Positions 28,500-41,424 of a stretch of 64,000 bases of DNA are shown here, piece by piece. The stretch covers positions 27,032,001 to 27,096,000 of the forward strand of contig OZ365113.1 in assembly GCA_977030845.1 (NCBI GenBank). The letters are read 5' to 3'. Numbering within the stretch: position 1 is the stretch's first letter; each line of letters starts with the position of its first letter. The DNA is from Fimbriosthenelais zetlandica. Taxonomy: Eukaryota. The notes below the pieces were generated by a model. That model did no database searches. It saw only the letters and a list, made by a program, of their open reading frames with translations, and was not told the origin of the DNA. Both the position numbers and the translations under genes were made by a program.

Positions 28500-31400
28500 G
28501 TAGGTTTCCATGGTGACAGGTAATTTAACCATGCATAAAAGTGTCTGCCACTCCCATTTCCAAATCATCCTTGTGACACGAACCTGCTCAAGAGAGACCT
28601 CTTTAAATGCTAAACTCCATTTTGGGGCGTCGTAAAAAAGGCGCCCATTCATATATTAGGCAACATAACGACTCACTCACACAGTAGTTATAATAGCAAG
28701 AATGTAACCCCAGCAAACTCATTTTATGAAGAACACTTTTAGATATTTAGCAGTATTGTGTCAAGAACTTTTAAATTCAGCGAAGGAGTGTATTGCCTGA
28801 TCGATGATGAGTAGAACAGGAAGTCCGCACTTGAAAACTAATGGATGGAAGTCCCCCCTTGGAAAATCACGAAATCTTTAGAGCTGAGTTTTCAAAATGT
28901 TGAACGACCCTTCCCATTCTAATCTTTCTGGGCTATCGTCTTTGTCATTGCTCTTAAAATCAGTGAACCTAGGCTTAAGCTTGGCCTTAGAAGAATGCGT
29001 GTATCGATCATACATAGCCACCACTTCATCTTCCCGCACATTCTCTATTCCAAACTTTTCAATTGTTCTGTGACCCTCCATAAGATCCATCATATAAAAA
29101 CTGTTTGCCATTCTGAGAAGAATCCTTCGTTACTTTCTAAAAAAGAAAAATGCCATGAATGGATTGTGATCCATACCTCTATAGTTTTTGTTAACAGCCT
29201 CCAATAGCTAGGCCTACTTGGATCATTCAAGTAATTGAGGATCAATTCTGAATGAAAATTAAATGGATGAAAATACAACTGACTAGTAGATCAGCTGCGA
29301 GGATTAAAATAATATAATTATTCAAAGATCCTTATGATACAGTTCATATTCAACTGGAAAATTCAGGTTAAAAGTAACATGTAACTACATTTCTGAACTT
29401 GTTGAATAAACAAGTTTTCCATAAAGCAGAAAAGATACATGGTAAGGAAAGCCAGTTCCAATCGATTTGTGGTTGGGAGGCTTTTCACGACCCTTGCCCC
29501 TTGAACTGTAAACATGACAAGCTTTGCTATTGACTATATTCCCTGTACCGCAGTTAGTATGATATAGTATGACTGATTCTGAATAATTAGTCTCATGTTG
29601 CTTCAAACCTCTGAGGTCAACCATTCATAAGGTTTGGATTTCCTAATGACAGGCTATGGCTTGAGGACCAGCATATAGGCACAATGCACATGGACCTTTT
29701 CGCCTATAGGACTGGAACTTACAAAATGCATGAAATTTTACCCTCCTAATTGCGATGGTCATCGACACAAAAATCTCTCTATAGGGCCTGGAAATACAAG
29801 GTTGTACAATTCCATCACTGAATTCGAGTTCCCCTGAGGCCTTATACATACATGTATACATGTATATTGATATAGTAGTATTCACTTCCACTAAGGCATG
29901 CACAGGAGTTCGACCGGGCCCTGTTATAGCAGTTCAGGGTTGCTTAATTCCCTGAGGGCACAGAAGTTTATTCAAAGATGTTTTTTTCTCAATGCCTACA
30001 AGTTCAGGCCAGTGATTTTAAAATTCGGGCCAGTTGTGTTGGCCAGTAAAAAACGTTAAGTTGATCCCTTAGGCTAGTAGGATTGGATCTTCAAAATGTA
30101 GGCTATCACTGAGAGTGAACAATGTAAAGTGAGGATGATGCTGTAAATAAGGCTTGGATTTGTTTCTAATTCACAACACTCATTGAGTACAACAGGCACG
30201 AAAGTCCATCATCCTTTCCAGCCTTACGGTCCGATCTGGAGGGTTTCAATTTTCAAGAGGCGAGAAGTTCCGAGAAGGCTTCCGACTGCCTGCCAGCTCT
30301 CAATTAACAAAACATCTGAAGCCATCTTCATTAGATTTTGATCTTTTGTGGTCAGAAACTGAGACTTGTGATAGGAATCGCTTACTTTTGCTTCTTGCTT
30401 TCTCACACAACACCCAACTTCAGGATCCATTTTTAATTCCTTACTAAGAGTAAGTTGCGGTAAAATGATTTTTCATTTGGAAGTAACGTTATTGCGTTCT
30501 CATGCAAACAGAAAACTTGCTACATTTTTCTTCAAGGGCCTTGAATTCAGTTGAGGGTAAGAACCTGGCCGTATACTTTCAGCACGCGGCCCGGGTATAG
30601 AATATTGGGCCAGCCTGCTGGCAGTTATCACAGGCAGACAACATTGACCGTTTGAGGCCAGTGGCATATTATCTCCTGGAATTAGAGGTTAATATTGATT
30701 CTTCTTCACCAACTTGATCTTGCATCCAAGCCGTACTATATCGCTTTACCACAGACCTCCCTTCTGCCAAGGTCTCTGATGGATCGCTCTGACCAAGAAA
30801 AGCTGGGTACGAAAGGGCATTTTTTATTCGTCCAAGTTGAGTGTCCGAAGCCTTCAATCAAAGCAAAAAAATCTAAGGGAGATGGATTGTTTCAATGCTC
30901 CTTTGTTCAGTCATAAGACATTTCTGGTTCACTGGACACACTAAAGAAGGTCTACTTGAGTAGAAATATCTCAAATCACGATTCATTCCCGAAAGGATAA
31001 CTGACTGTTTCTTTAAGCAGTGAATAAAGGCAATCCTATCAAACCTCATATCAAAGCTATGGAAACTCTTACTTTAAAGATCCTCACGGAAAATCCATAA
31101 ATTAAATGCTAACCTTTTATCCCGCTAATGAATATTTGAAAAAAACCTCTTTGTGCCTAAATCGAATTCTTGTCGGAGACAGCTGCCTAATTTTCAAGAA
31201 TAATTATATTTGTCTGTCCTGGATCCTGCAGCCTCACACTGTTGTTGCCACACATTGGATTATGAAAATTAACTTTAAATTTCAGAGACGGCTCTTAAAG
31301 AAATATAATTCAGCTCCAAATTCAGATGTAGAAAACATGTCTCAACAATGGCAGCTTTGCCAACGAAAATTCTTGCTAATTTGGCCTGCTGTCCTACCTT

Positions 31401-31939
31401 ATAATTATTCTAACTTCACCGGATTTTGATCTTCTGGCCCATCTGTCTGTCAGAGATGCCTTTGACAATGTAATACATGTACAGATAGCTCATTTCATTC
31501 TACAGAAAAAAGGTTGGTGTTGGCTTTCAAGTATATTGGTTTCATTATACATCATAGACCCAGACTTCCTTGCCACTGATTAATAATGCCACTCAGAGGG
31601 TCCTGCCCTTGTCTGACTGAAGGCGGCATACAGCTGAAGACTTTGGGAAGACCATATGTTCTTAGAAAGAGCACTAAAGCCATTTCTCAGATAACAGTGG
31701 AGCCTCCTGGCATCAAAGTCCTCTTAACTTTACTTACATACTCCTGAGCCACAGGTGAAGCTCTGAGTTATGTACCTGGGCACACAGATGTACCCGGGAG
31801 GAGGGGAGGTAGAGAGAGAGGAAGATGTACCGCGGTATACTCCTGGGATCTACCCTCCATCAAGGCAGGAGTTGATGGGAGGGAAGGCCATGGGTCCCCT
31901 CCAAGGACACCTGCGCCCAGTCTGCTTCTGTTTCTCCCC

Positions 31940-31999
<60 letters not shown>

Positions 32000-34900
32000 C
32001 TTCTTCTAAGTCCATTGTTCTTTGATACCTCTATCAGTACTCTAAAACTTCCATATGTTACCACAAACTCTTTTCTTGAGTGAAACTTCTTGATTTTTGT
32101 AGCATGACAAATTGTCTTTGAACACAATAATTAATCAATAGCCAGAAGTTTTCAACAAGAATGTTAGACCAGCGATGGAATAATAGCGAAATGGAATAAC
32201 TTTAAAAATCTGGTGTTGGGCCGAGTGGGCTTTCTGTCATTCTACACACTGTTCAATGCAGTTCAGTGACACAGCAGAAGGGTATTTAGGCCCGCAAATC
32301 ACTGCCAGTGGCCATCCACCACCCTTTATCCTCAACCTAAATGTCCTGGAGTGTGCTATCGTAGGGAACAATACATAGGCCCACATAGCATAACACTTCA
32401 ATGGTTTGTCCATTGGTGCACCTAGTGCACTGATAACCATTCTTTATTGGTGACCTCACACAAAACATCTTCAGATGAGACTTGTAGGTGCTACCAGGTA
32501 CCAACAGAAGACAGGTTATCAGGACTAACCTGCAGCCATCAGCCCAAGTTTCCACGTCACTTCCACATGTGAGAGATTGACGTCATAAATGACACTGACG
32601 GGTTTTTCCTGTAGGCAACTCCAACATGACACCTAAGTCACCCTGCCCCAGGCCAACATATGGCCCTCTTCGAACCCACAGCTTGACTTGCCAAAGTAAA
32701 TTATCATGCTAATTGCATAGGCCGAACTACCATCATCAGGTTCAAAGACAGACAATTACCCATTTATAAAAACACGACAAGATTTATCATTAGAGTAAAC
32801 TCCTAAGACTGAAAGTAATAAGACGCTCCGAAAATGGCTGCCTTTTGATGACATTGTAAGTTTTTAAGAGGCTTAAAGAGTGATAAGTATAATGGATTGC
32901 CATAATCAATCTTAAAATGTTATCAAAATGGAAATATTTTATACTTTGACCTCAGACATACTATATACCCGGGAGAGCTGCAAATGAGCAATAAGTTTGA
33001 GTTCTTGATATGAACTTCCACGTGCGTGAAAGTATTGGGATAAGATTCCAGGCAGAAAATCGTTATCCCGCATATACATGGACATCATAGACAAGGAGCA
33101 GAGTCATTGATCTTACGTAAAAGCCTTGGCGCTGGCCCTGCATGCCCCCCACATTTTTCACGGTCAATAGTAAGGTTCCTAACAGTGCAGTCTCCAGCCA
33201 TCAGATACTAAGCTGAAGCTGCCATTGGTTCCTTATCTGCTGGCCCAGCTTCTTCTCTGATAAACATGCTACGGCCAATCTTTTAGAATTGGTAACCATA
33301 TATAAAGCGGTTCAGGTGATAGAATAAACAATTTTTATGTCAGTCAGTTTGGCAACAGGTGGCCAAATCCGATTTATAATCCCCTTGGTGGATCCCAGCT
33401 CTCAGACCCGATGAAATAAGTTGCAGAATGTGTGAGAAACACCGTCTGCCAACAGATAACATCATTATTATATCCTCTAATGCATCTCTCTTATAATAAA
33501 CCCTCATAGGTTAGAAGCCTGCAAATGTATACAAATATATACATACACTCATGCTTTGCAGTGATTTAATCTGGAGTATTAATAATTATTTATTACCATG
33601 ATTATTGTCTTCTCTCATATTTCTATCACGCCACTTTTCAATGGCATTTAGAATTATAATAGCTGATTGCGAAACAAAGGAATTCAACTTGGGTTACAAT
33701 ACTGCAAAGTGTGGGACTAAAACAAACTTGTATAAAAGGAGCAGAATGTTCTATATCTTGCTCTGGTCGGGGTTAAATAATGAGCAACACCCTTGGGACA
33801 AGCCTGAATTGCATTATTTCTGTCCTTGCAGTGATCAACTATGACATATGCAACAATACCCTCGAGTTTGTGCATGTTGAACTCTGGGACACGGGCACAC
33901 TGAGTTCCGGTGGGAGTTGTAGCAACAAGTCCCGCGTGAACTGTCACTTCCGCATGATTGCTTGTGACGCCTGCAGCTTCAAACTTCAAATCCGTGATAA
34001 GATAGATCTTCTTCCAGTTTGCCATAGCAACCGTAGTGACCTTCCCAAGCTTCCGACCTGTCTGCAAGGGTAGGTGGCCTCATCAATTCTGCAGTAGGAG
34101 AAATGTGAACTCCCCTAGGCCTCATTCTGCAGATCTTTTACAGATTTAGATATCTGACATTTACACATTAGACAACAAAAATCGTGATAAGATGATTGAA
34201 TTAAAAATAAATAATAAATTTCTAGATTTTGAAAAGCTAATGTTGCCTTGATATCTATTAATCTGTAGGTGCAGCCATTTGGTCATCTACGAACCTGCAT
34301 ACACTGACGTCACTACTAGGTTCTATTTTCCCCAAGATCCATTGTCTTCCATGTCATCGTTCATATCTCTATCATCAAGTGTCTCGGTTATGCTATGTCA
34401 ACCGGAGATAGAAAACTCTACATCTCAGACCGGGGTTATATTTCACTATGAGGTTACAGGTAGGCTAAGCATTTCCTATTTTAGATAATATATATAGGAA
34501 CCCTCACCGGTTTTAGGCACCCCTTTAAGACATGCCCTTTAAAGCCGGGCCCCCATATAGGCAATTCATGAAGCGATAGCTGAATTAGTCACACCCAATG
34601 CTTGTAATTTTAACAGTCTTCTACACCTGGCTCAGGCTAACCACTGACAAAATTACAGGCATTGGGTGTGACTAGAAATATAGTTTCGCGCAGCTATCGT
34701 TTGGAGAGTCGCATATATGGTGGCCCGGCATAAGGCTCATTGCATAAGATCGATGAGAGCTCAGAAACCTCACAGAAGATGACAAGTTTGCATAACTGCA
34801 GCATTATAAAGCTGCATGGGGGCACATTAGCCATTGTTAAAAGGTGAACATCTACAAGCAAGTTTGATGGATGCTCTGTTTTTCTTACAGAAAAGATCTC

Positions 34901-37900
34901 ATATGTCACTGGTAATACGAGTAAACCGAGCACCATGACGGGATTACTGTCTTCGCCTAACTTCCCCCGTGGCTACGCTTTACGTGGAGAGCTCTATACT
35001 TATGTACTGTATAACACAGACCCTGGAGGAGGCATCCAATTAGTGTTTGATGATTGGGATTTAGCTCCACACAGTAGAGTGTCTGTAAGTCTGCCTTCAT
35101 CATTGTTTCTTGTCTTCATCCATTTTCAGGTATTGGGATTATGCTGGCAAGGAAGACATAGGTAGTCAATGGTACAAAACTGACCTCTCTATACTGGTAT
35201 ATGCCTGAGGTTTTCTATTGTCAATTGCTTCCAACACTGATATCTAACCATATGCAACTCGCCAACAAAGCTGGAGCTCTGTAAGACGATGTACTGTGAC
35301 TTATGGTACAATAAAATCTTTCTCCTTCCCTGGGTTCTGCTCTTAGACATTCTTTGGCAAAGATGAGAATGTGATGTTACCCAGGATAGACATTAAATCA
35401 TTGACAGATGCTCGCATCGTCTCTACACAGATGCCTTTTCCCTGAATGCTCCCATAGAAAATTGAGTGGATAGGAGAGCTTTTATCTCTGTATAATTCAA
35501 TGGGAAACTAATTAAAATCTTGACTGATAAAGTATGCAACAAAGGAATGAAATTATCTATGTTTCATTACAGGTTTTTACAAACATTTCAACACATTCCA
35601 CCCTGGGAACCCATTTTGGTTCGGGACCAAGGCCTGTGATATTTGTACCTGGGCAATACCTTTATATAACATTCGAACCAGACATAGGAATCACTTCACG
35701 AGCAAATAACATGGGCTTCCAGGCTTCTTACACATTTTTATCAGGTGAGTGTATAGCATCAATGTTTCAAATCATTGGTGAAAGACCTTCCTTTTAAATG
35801 TATTTCTGTATAATTACTTTGGAATAAAAAGGTCTGTTGATAGTAAGACACTGAATTACAGCCCCTACTTTGTTCTTTCCATTCCTTAACAGGGAGTAAC
35901 AGGGACTCCTTACCACCGTTTTCAACAGACTGTGGCGTTTACTACAAGTACTTGACGGGGGGAAACATTACTTTCCAAGGTGGCCACCACACGTCCACCC
36001 CCTCATCCTCATCAGTCGTGTGGTGGGACTGTGTGTGGGTGATTTTACCACATAGTGCCTTCGACTGGATCATTCTCAGGCTCATCAATCAATCATTTAC
36101 AGGCAGTATGTGTTAAAGAATATCTTCAGTTACAATCAATGAATTACAAGCTCTTACCTGTAAAATTTTGAACTGTGGAGCCACGTCCAATGCGCTGTTT
36201 TCTTCACGTATAACTAACTGAGTTGGCCCTTCAGCCATGGTGTATGGGTAATTGAGAGTATAACAAGTTTGGTGTATTTATGAAGGTCACGGATCAGTAA
36301 ACATGAGTCAGAGTGGCAACCTTCTGTACTATTCTTGACCACTGGATTAGATCAGCCTGTTAGTCGGCTATTGATTGTCTGGATTGACTAATGGACAAGA
36401 CAGGTGTACATCGGGCTATAAAGGGCTATATAAAACTGTCCTAAATAAATTTCGGACTACATAATTATATTGTGTGTCAATTATTATAGCATTCTCACTA
36501 TAGTTCTTTTTCTATTTTTTATCAGATCAAACTTTGATAATCAGATCATGTGTTGTATCGGACTGCCCTCTGGTAACCAATATTACCTCAACTGGAAATA
36601 CTTCATTCCCCATGACAACTCAACTAGAGGGCCGGAATGGCTTTTACATACGAGTCAGAGGCCCATTCACATCCACTGATATGGTGTCTCTTATATTCGC
36701 TGCATTCAACCGAGCTGAACCTGGTACTTACACTTACAAAATACAACCTTCTAAATCTTTCTAAAACCAAGTGCCATGTTTCTTAACGTTCAACAGGTTG
36801 GCTTTTCAATTGCTCATAGGCAATTGCTCATGGGCAAGGCAATTGCTCACGGGCAATTGCGCATAGGCAATTGAAAAACCGACATATTCGTCAAGAAATG
36901 GCTCAGTGGACATCGAAATTTCATTCAATAAATTAGTTATATTGATTAACAACTGCATTTTAAAAATAGTAGTGATACATTTAAAGTTTTATACACAATA
37001 TATGTGGATCTTCTGCAGCTGAGATAATTCAAAGAAAAGTTTTATAATTATTGGCAACTTGCTGCGCATCTTACGCCTCATTTTTCCCCTGTGTAGATGG
37101 TTGTAGACATGCGGGAGAGTTTGAATGTATGAGCGGACATTGTATTGATCGCCACCTAGTGTGTGATGGCCATATCCACTGCGAGGACAGACGAGATGAA
37201 TCCATCACTTGCAAACGTTAGTTACTGCCACGTTAATTCCCCTTTCAATAAAAGCCAATAACTTTCAATTTTTTCTCTTTTTACAGAAAGTAATTTCACT
37301 TTTCTTTTCTGTCAATAGAAATTTAAGATTTGCAAACAAGTAACAACAGAATCGATTATTGAAAAAGACCCTATAGTTATTACTTTAAGTAGGATACAGC
37401 TCCTACTTTCAATTTGCAAATTCTGGGGATCACCAGATAAGGCATCCCTCCCTCGAGAAATTTCAGAATTTATTCCTGAGTACCCAGTAATATTGGTAGT
37501 CCCGTGAAAAGCATTTTGCCTATATGCTGAGCTCTACATCTCTTTAATTCCTCTGCTTCTCATCATGTCTAAGTACCCTCTCTCTATCTGAAGTATCCTG
37601 TCACTCTGTTGCATGTAGAGTCGCCTTCAGTCCTCTCCAACGTCCCAGTAGCATGTAAAGACGAGGAATTCGCCTGTGCTAATGGGAGGAGATGTGTTCC
37701 CAAGACAGCTGTCTGCGACACTTGGTTGGACTGCCAGGACGGCAGCGATGAGTATCAATGTTTATCACATAGTGAGTTTGTTTTTTTGTCTCTCCTTTAT
37801 CTGCCTCCTCTTCACAATCATCTGTTCATATCTTTTTGTGAGGGGACGTAAACGTGAAAATGAATAAATAAAACGGCCGGGTAAAGCGGTTTCCTGAAAG

Positions 37901-40900
37901 TGGAGTCCTAAAAGAGCTTAATCCTATTTGGCTTGGAGACTGCACATTCCAGGAGACAGTACAACCATGTTGATGGTTTACCATGCACAGTAACTTTTAC
38001 TTATTGTTATCCCTCAGCATATTTTATTGGGCCTATTTAGTCATAGGATTGCTGTAGACCCTATATATTATCAATTTTATAGTATTGAAAGAAAGGTATG
38101 GCTGCAAGTAGACGACCATAATTATATAAACCTGGATAGATGTATTCTTGCTTTCAAGTTAATTGCCCTCAGGCCTGGTATTCAAGTGTTGCGGAATATT
38201 TCATGAGATCACCTATTTATTCCATTCTGTAAGACCCTTTATATGTCTGAAACATTATTTATGGGTCATTATCAAATTGCTAGATTGCAACTTTATATCT
38301 GGACTTAAAGCCCTGCATGCTTATGAAAAATACATTTGTTGCATTACCGTATGACTTAAAGCCAGTACACGGCCCTTCCTCAGGGGATATTCCCACCATA
38401 CCCACACGTGGAGGTCATACTTAAGCCATTGTGGGAGGGATTTTTCTTTCAAGGATAATAGCTTTCACAGAGCAAGACTTTTTAATTAATGCCTTTAAGT
38501 GGAGACGGGCCAGCCTACAGCAGTTTATATACAGTAGTTCAAAGATTCGGCCTCTGTTTTCAAGACTCGATTTACTGTACACGTCTCTCACGATGTTTTT
38601 ATTATTTAACAGAGAACTCTTCCGCAGAACTGGGAAATGGAACTCAGTGTTTTTCTGAAAGTATAGTTTTTTGAATATAGAGCGTCTAAATCTAAACAAT
38701 CTGATCTCTTGATGAGACGAACATTGAATCCTGCCAAAGTAACCCAAACACCTGCTGAGACAACTGGAACTTAGCTAGAAATAGTATTCAGCAACATCCT
38801 TTATTTCTTGAGTAAGTGACAAATGAGTGTCGAGATATAAACTACTACTTCACCAAAAGAAACAGGTTCTGTGCATGGTAAATAAGGTCTAGAGAAGTAA
38901 TCAAAATATGTAATCCAAACGCCGTCTTCTGAGATGCCTGGTGCTTAGTTAGAATCACACTATTCAGCAAATTCTTTTTTATGTCATGAACAAATGACAA
39001 ATGAATGTTGTGATAAATGACTTCTTCAACAAAAAAGGTTCCAAATATTTTCCAGAGAATGGAAATCATATCCATCAAAATCAATTATTATCAGTACAGC
39101 CCCTTAATCACATTTTGATGTATCTTTACAGCCTCAGAAAGCCCTGATGGCTTGGTGGATGGATTATACGAGGGTGTGGAGTGTGAGATAGGCAGTGAGC
39201 CTTGTCACCATGGACGCCAGTGTATATCCCCACAATTGTTATGTGATGGCAAATATGACTGCTGGGACCGCTCCGACGAAATGCACTGTGGTAGGTCGCT
39301 ACAAAAGACTTTTATTTAATGTCATGATGCATCCACAAGTAGTATGAATGATGGCTGCAAACCCTTTAAATTCCTATCTGACCTTTAACCACAAAAAGTG
39401 CTGCAGGGGTCAAGTTGAGCTTGATACTAAAGCCTGTACTCAACTGCTGCGATTTTGCTTGCGACACAACTGCGACAGAGGTGATGCTTCTGTTGTAATG
39501 AAAAAAATCAACTTGGGGATGGCCACAAGACCTTCGTCACCTCAACTGCAATTTTTAAATTTCATTGCAACACAAACATCACTGTTGTCGTAGTAGTGTC
39601 GCAGGTAAAATCGCAGCAGTGGATGACGTTCAACGTTTATGGTGATAGCATACTTTCTGGAAATAAAGGAAATTGAACCTCCTGTTTCTGTTTCAGCTTT
39701 GGGATTTGAGACCTCTCTCAGGAATCCTGCTCCCTGGCGTGTGGTCATGCCTCTGGGGATAGCACTGTGTGTGCTTCTCTCCCTCTGTGTACTGGCTCTG
39801 TGTCTGAGGACTTTTGTCAAACAAGAGAGATCAGACTGTGAATCGAGAACGTCTTCTAGATCCAGTTCCCGTCCCAGGTGTAGCCATAGAGGTAGGTATC
39901 ATGCATCTTATATGGCTACAAGCCAAGATCTGCAGAAAGTTAATCTTGCATGAGAAGGTGGCGAGTGCCTCTAATCTACGACAGTACACCAACAGAAGTA
40001 TTATGGGAAATACAGGGTCCTGATGCTTTTTTTTCAATTTTTCTTCTTGCTTTTTGTAGCTGGTCGGTCTCCGAGAAGTGTCACAAGTGAGACACCATTG
40101 ACACTGGACCTGTCAAGGAGTACTAGTGGTGTCACAGCAGAATCACCCATGCCAGATTCGCCCCCCTCATATGAAGAAGCCATGCGACGAAGTCCCGAAG
40201 GTGCAACAGCTCCAGTAAGTATACTAATGATACTACTATTCCTGGTATTTGAACACCTAATCATAACCTCAATGTGAAGTCAGTTGGTCCTGATTTTGTT
40301 TAACGTATGGTACAACCATGAATCCAATACATTCTGTGATCCTTTAGACATCGCTGATTATCCCTATCTTCTATCAAAAACTTACTTCAAAAGTACCATC
40401 TGCAAAAACCTATGAATAGAATACTATGGTGGTAGGAAACTATGTAGAATATCGATATTGCGAAGGAAAGATGTTGAGCGAAGTTTTTTTTCTGATTCAG
40501 AACTCAGCAGATTCCTGCAACAATCAGTTATCACCATCTGTGCTGTCTCCCCCTGCCTATCACATTCCCATCACTGGGAAACAGCATTTCACCTTCTCTA
40601 CATTGTGGCCACTTACATCTGCATCTCCATCAACTAGAAACCAGAAGAGGAACATTGAGGAAGCCAACCTCCAACTTCTGGCATCAGACTTTAACTCATC
40701 AAGTGGTAACTCCGAGCCTGGATCTACAGTCGGACTAAATGTCATGGCGGATGACACCACTTATCTAAATGGTAGCATTCCACAGAGTCAAATCATCTGC
40801 CAAATAGAAGTGGATCACAGTGAAAATGTCAGCAACGCTGAGACATCTTCTGCAGAGACGGCCACCACATGGAGTAGTGTTCGCGAGTGTGAAGTGACGC

Positions 40901-41424
40901 CAAACGGCAGGGGGAGTGTCCATGAATATTCTCCCAATGGCAGTTTGCATTTGAAACTTCAGAGTGCAGCACAGAATAATAGCAGGGCGAGTTCACTGGA
41001 AAGGACACCAGAAAGGAAAGGCTATCACAAACAGTGTCATTGTCATTGCAAAGGACATGAGAACCGAAGGCTTGTAAACAAGCGGACTCGGTGTCGGTCA
41101 ACAGGAAGTGAGTCTGTGTCTTCATCCTGTTCCCATTTACATTCGCACCACAGACATTCCTGTTCCTGTAGTCCCACCGAGGTGCAACTCAAGGAAATCT
41201 GTGTGAAAAATCGCAATGCAAAAGACTCCAGTAACTGTGATAGTCACGAAGAAGAGTGTTTGCTCCCTTCCGAACCAGACTCGCCTCTCTTACTTGATGA
41301 CGAAGAAGAGGAAGATATCATAAGTTGTAATTCTAAAACTTATGGCTCCCATATTGAGAGTCAATTGTCAAAAAATGTTCAATGTCTTGTGCATGAGAAC
41401 CGCTTCTGTGATACAGTTTGTTAG
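28427..41424 (+). CDS. Type I membrane protein with 3 CUB-like domains, 3 LDL-receptor class A repeats, one TM helix and a long cytoplasmic tail (LRP10/LRP12/LDLRAD-like architecture), about 994 aa
   Basis: Hand-spliced exons 28427-28499, 33832-34069, 34269-34459, 34891-35084, 35573-35744, 35893-36105, 36526-36723, 37097-37216, 37619-37771, 39132-39290, 39697-39891, 40060-40214, 40501-41424. All introns are GT-AG with consistent phases and the total is 2985 nt. CUB motifs: [34 protein letters not shown]. LDLa repeats: [77 protein letters not shown] helix: [22 protein letters not shown]. Confidence 0.85.
31941..31993. repeat. (CT)n microsatellite
   Basis: Directly visible. Confidence 0.95.
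32552..32601. promoter_or_regulatory. CRE/ATF-like motif cluster in the intron after the signal-peptide exon of the CUB/LDLa gene
   Basis: CCACGTCACTTCC at 32552, a perfect TGACGTCA at 32578-32585 and TGACG at 32596. Confidence 0.3.
36797..36883. repeat. Palindromic element built of CAATTG units
   Basis: 15/17 inverted terminal match (GTTGGCTTTTCAATTGC versus GCAATTGAAAAACCGAC) with internal CAATTGC(T/G)CA repeats. Confidence 0.7.
39443..39620. mobile_element. MITE-like foldback element in a CUB/LDLa gene intron
   Basis: Imperfect inverted arms of about 61 bp at 39443-39503 and 39560-39620. Confidence 0.6.

Noticed and set aside
32337-32555. Signal-peptide-like minus-strand ORF ([18 protein letters not shown]...)
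   Set aside because: It begins at GTG rather than ATG and I found no downstream exon chain.
33780-33831. ATG at 33780 as the main start of the CUB/LDLa protein
   Set aside because: It gives only a weak signal peptide and the stretch reads as a polypyrimidine tract plus AG. The exon at 28427-28499 supplies a much better signal peptide in the correct phase.
38421-38747. Overlapping ORFs in a CUB/LDLa gene intron as a transposase or endonuclease
   Set aside because: I could not identify any DDE, GIY-YIG or RT motif.
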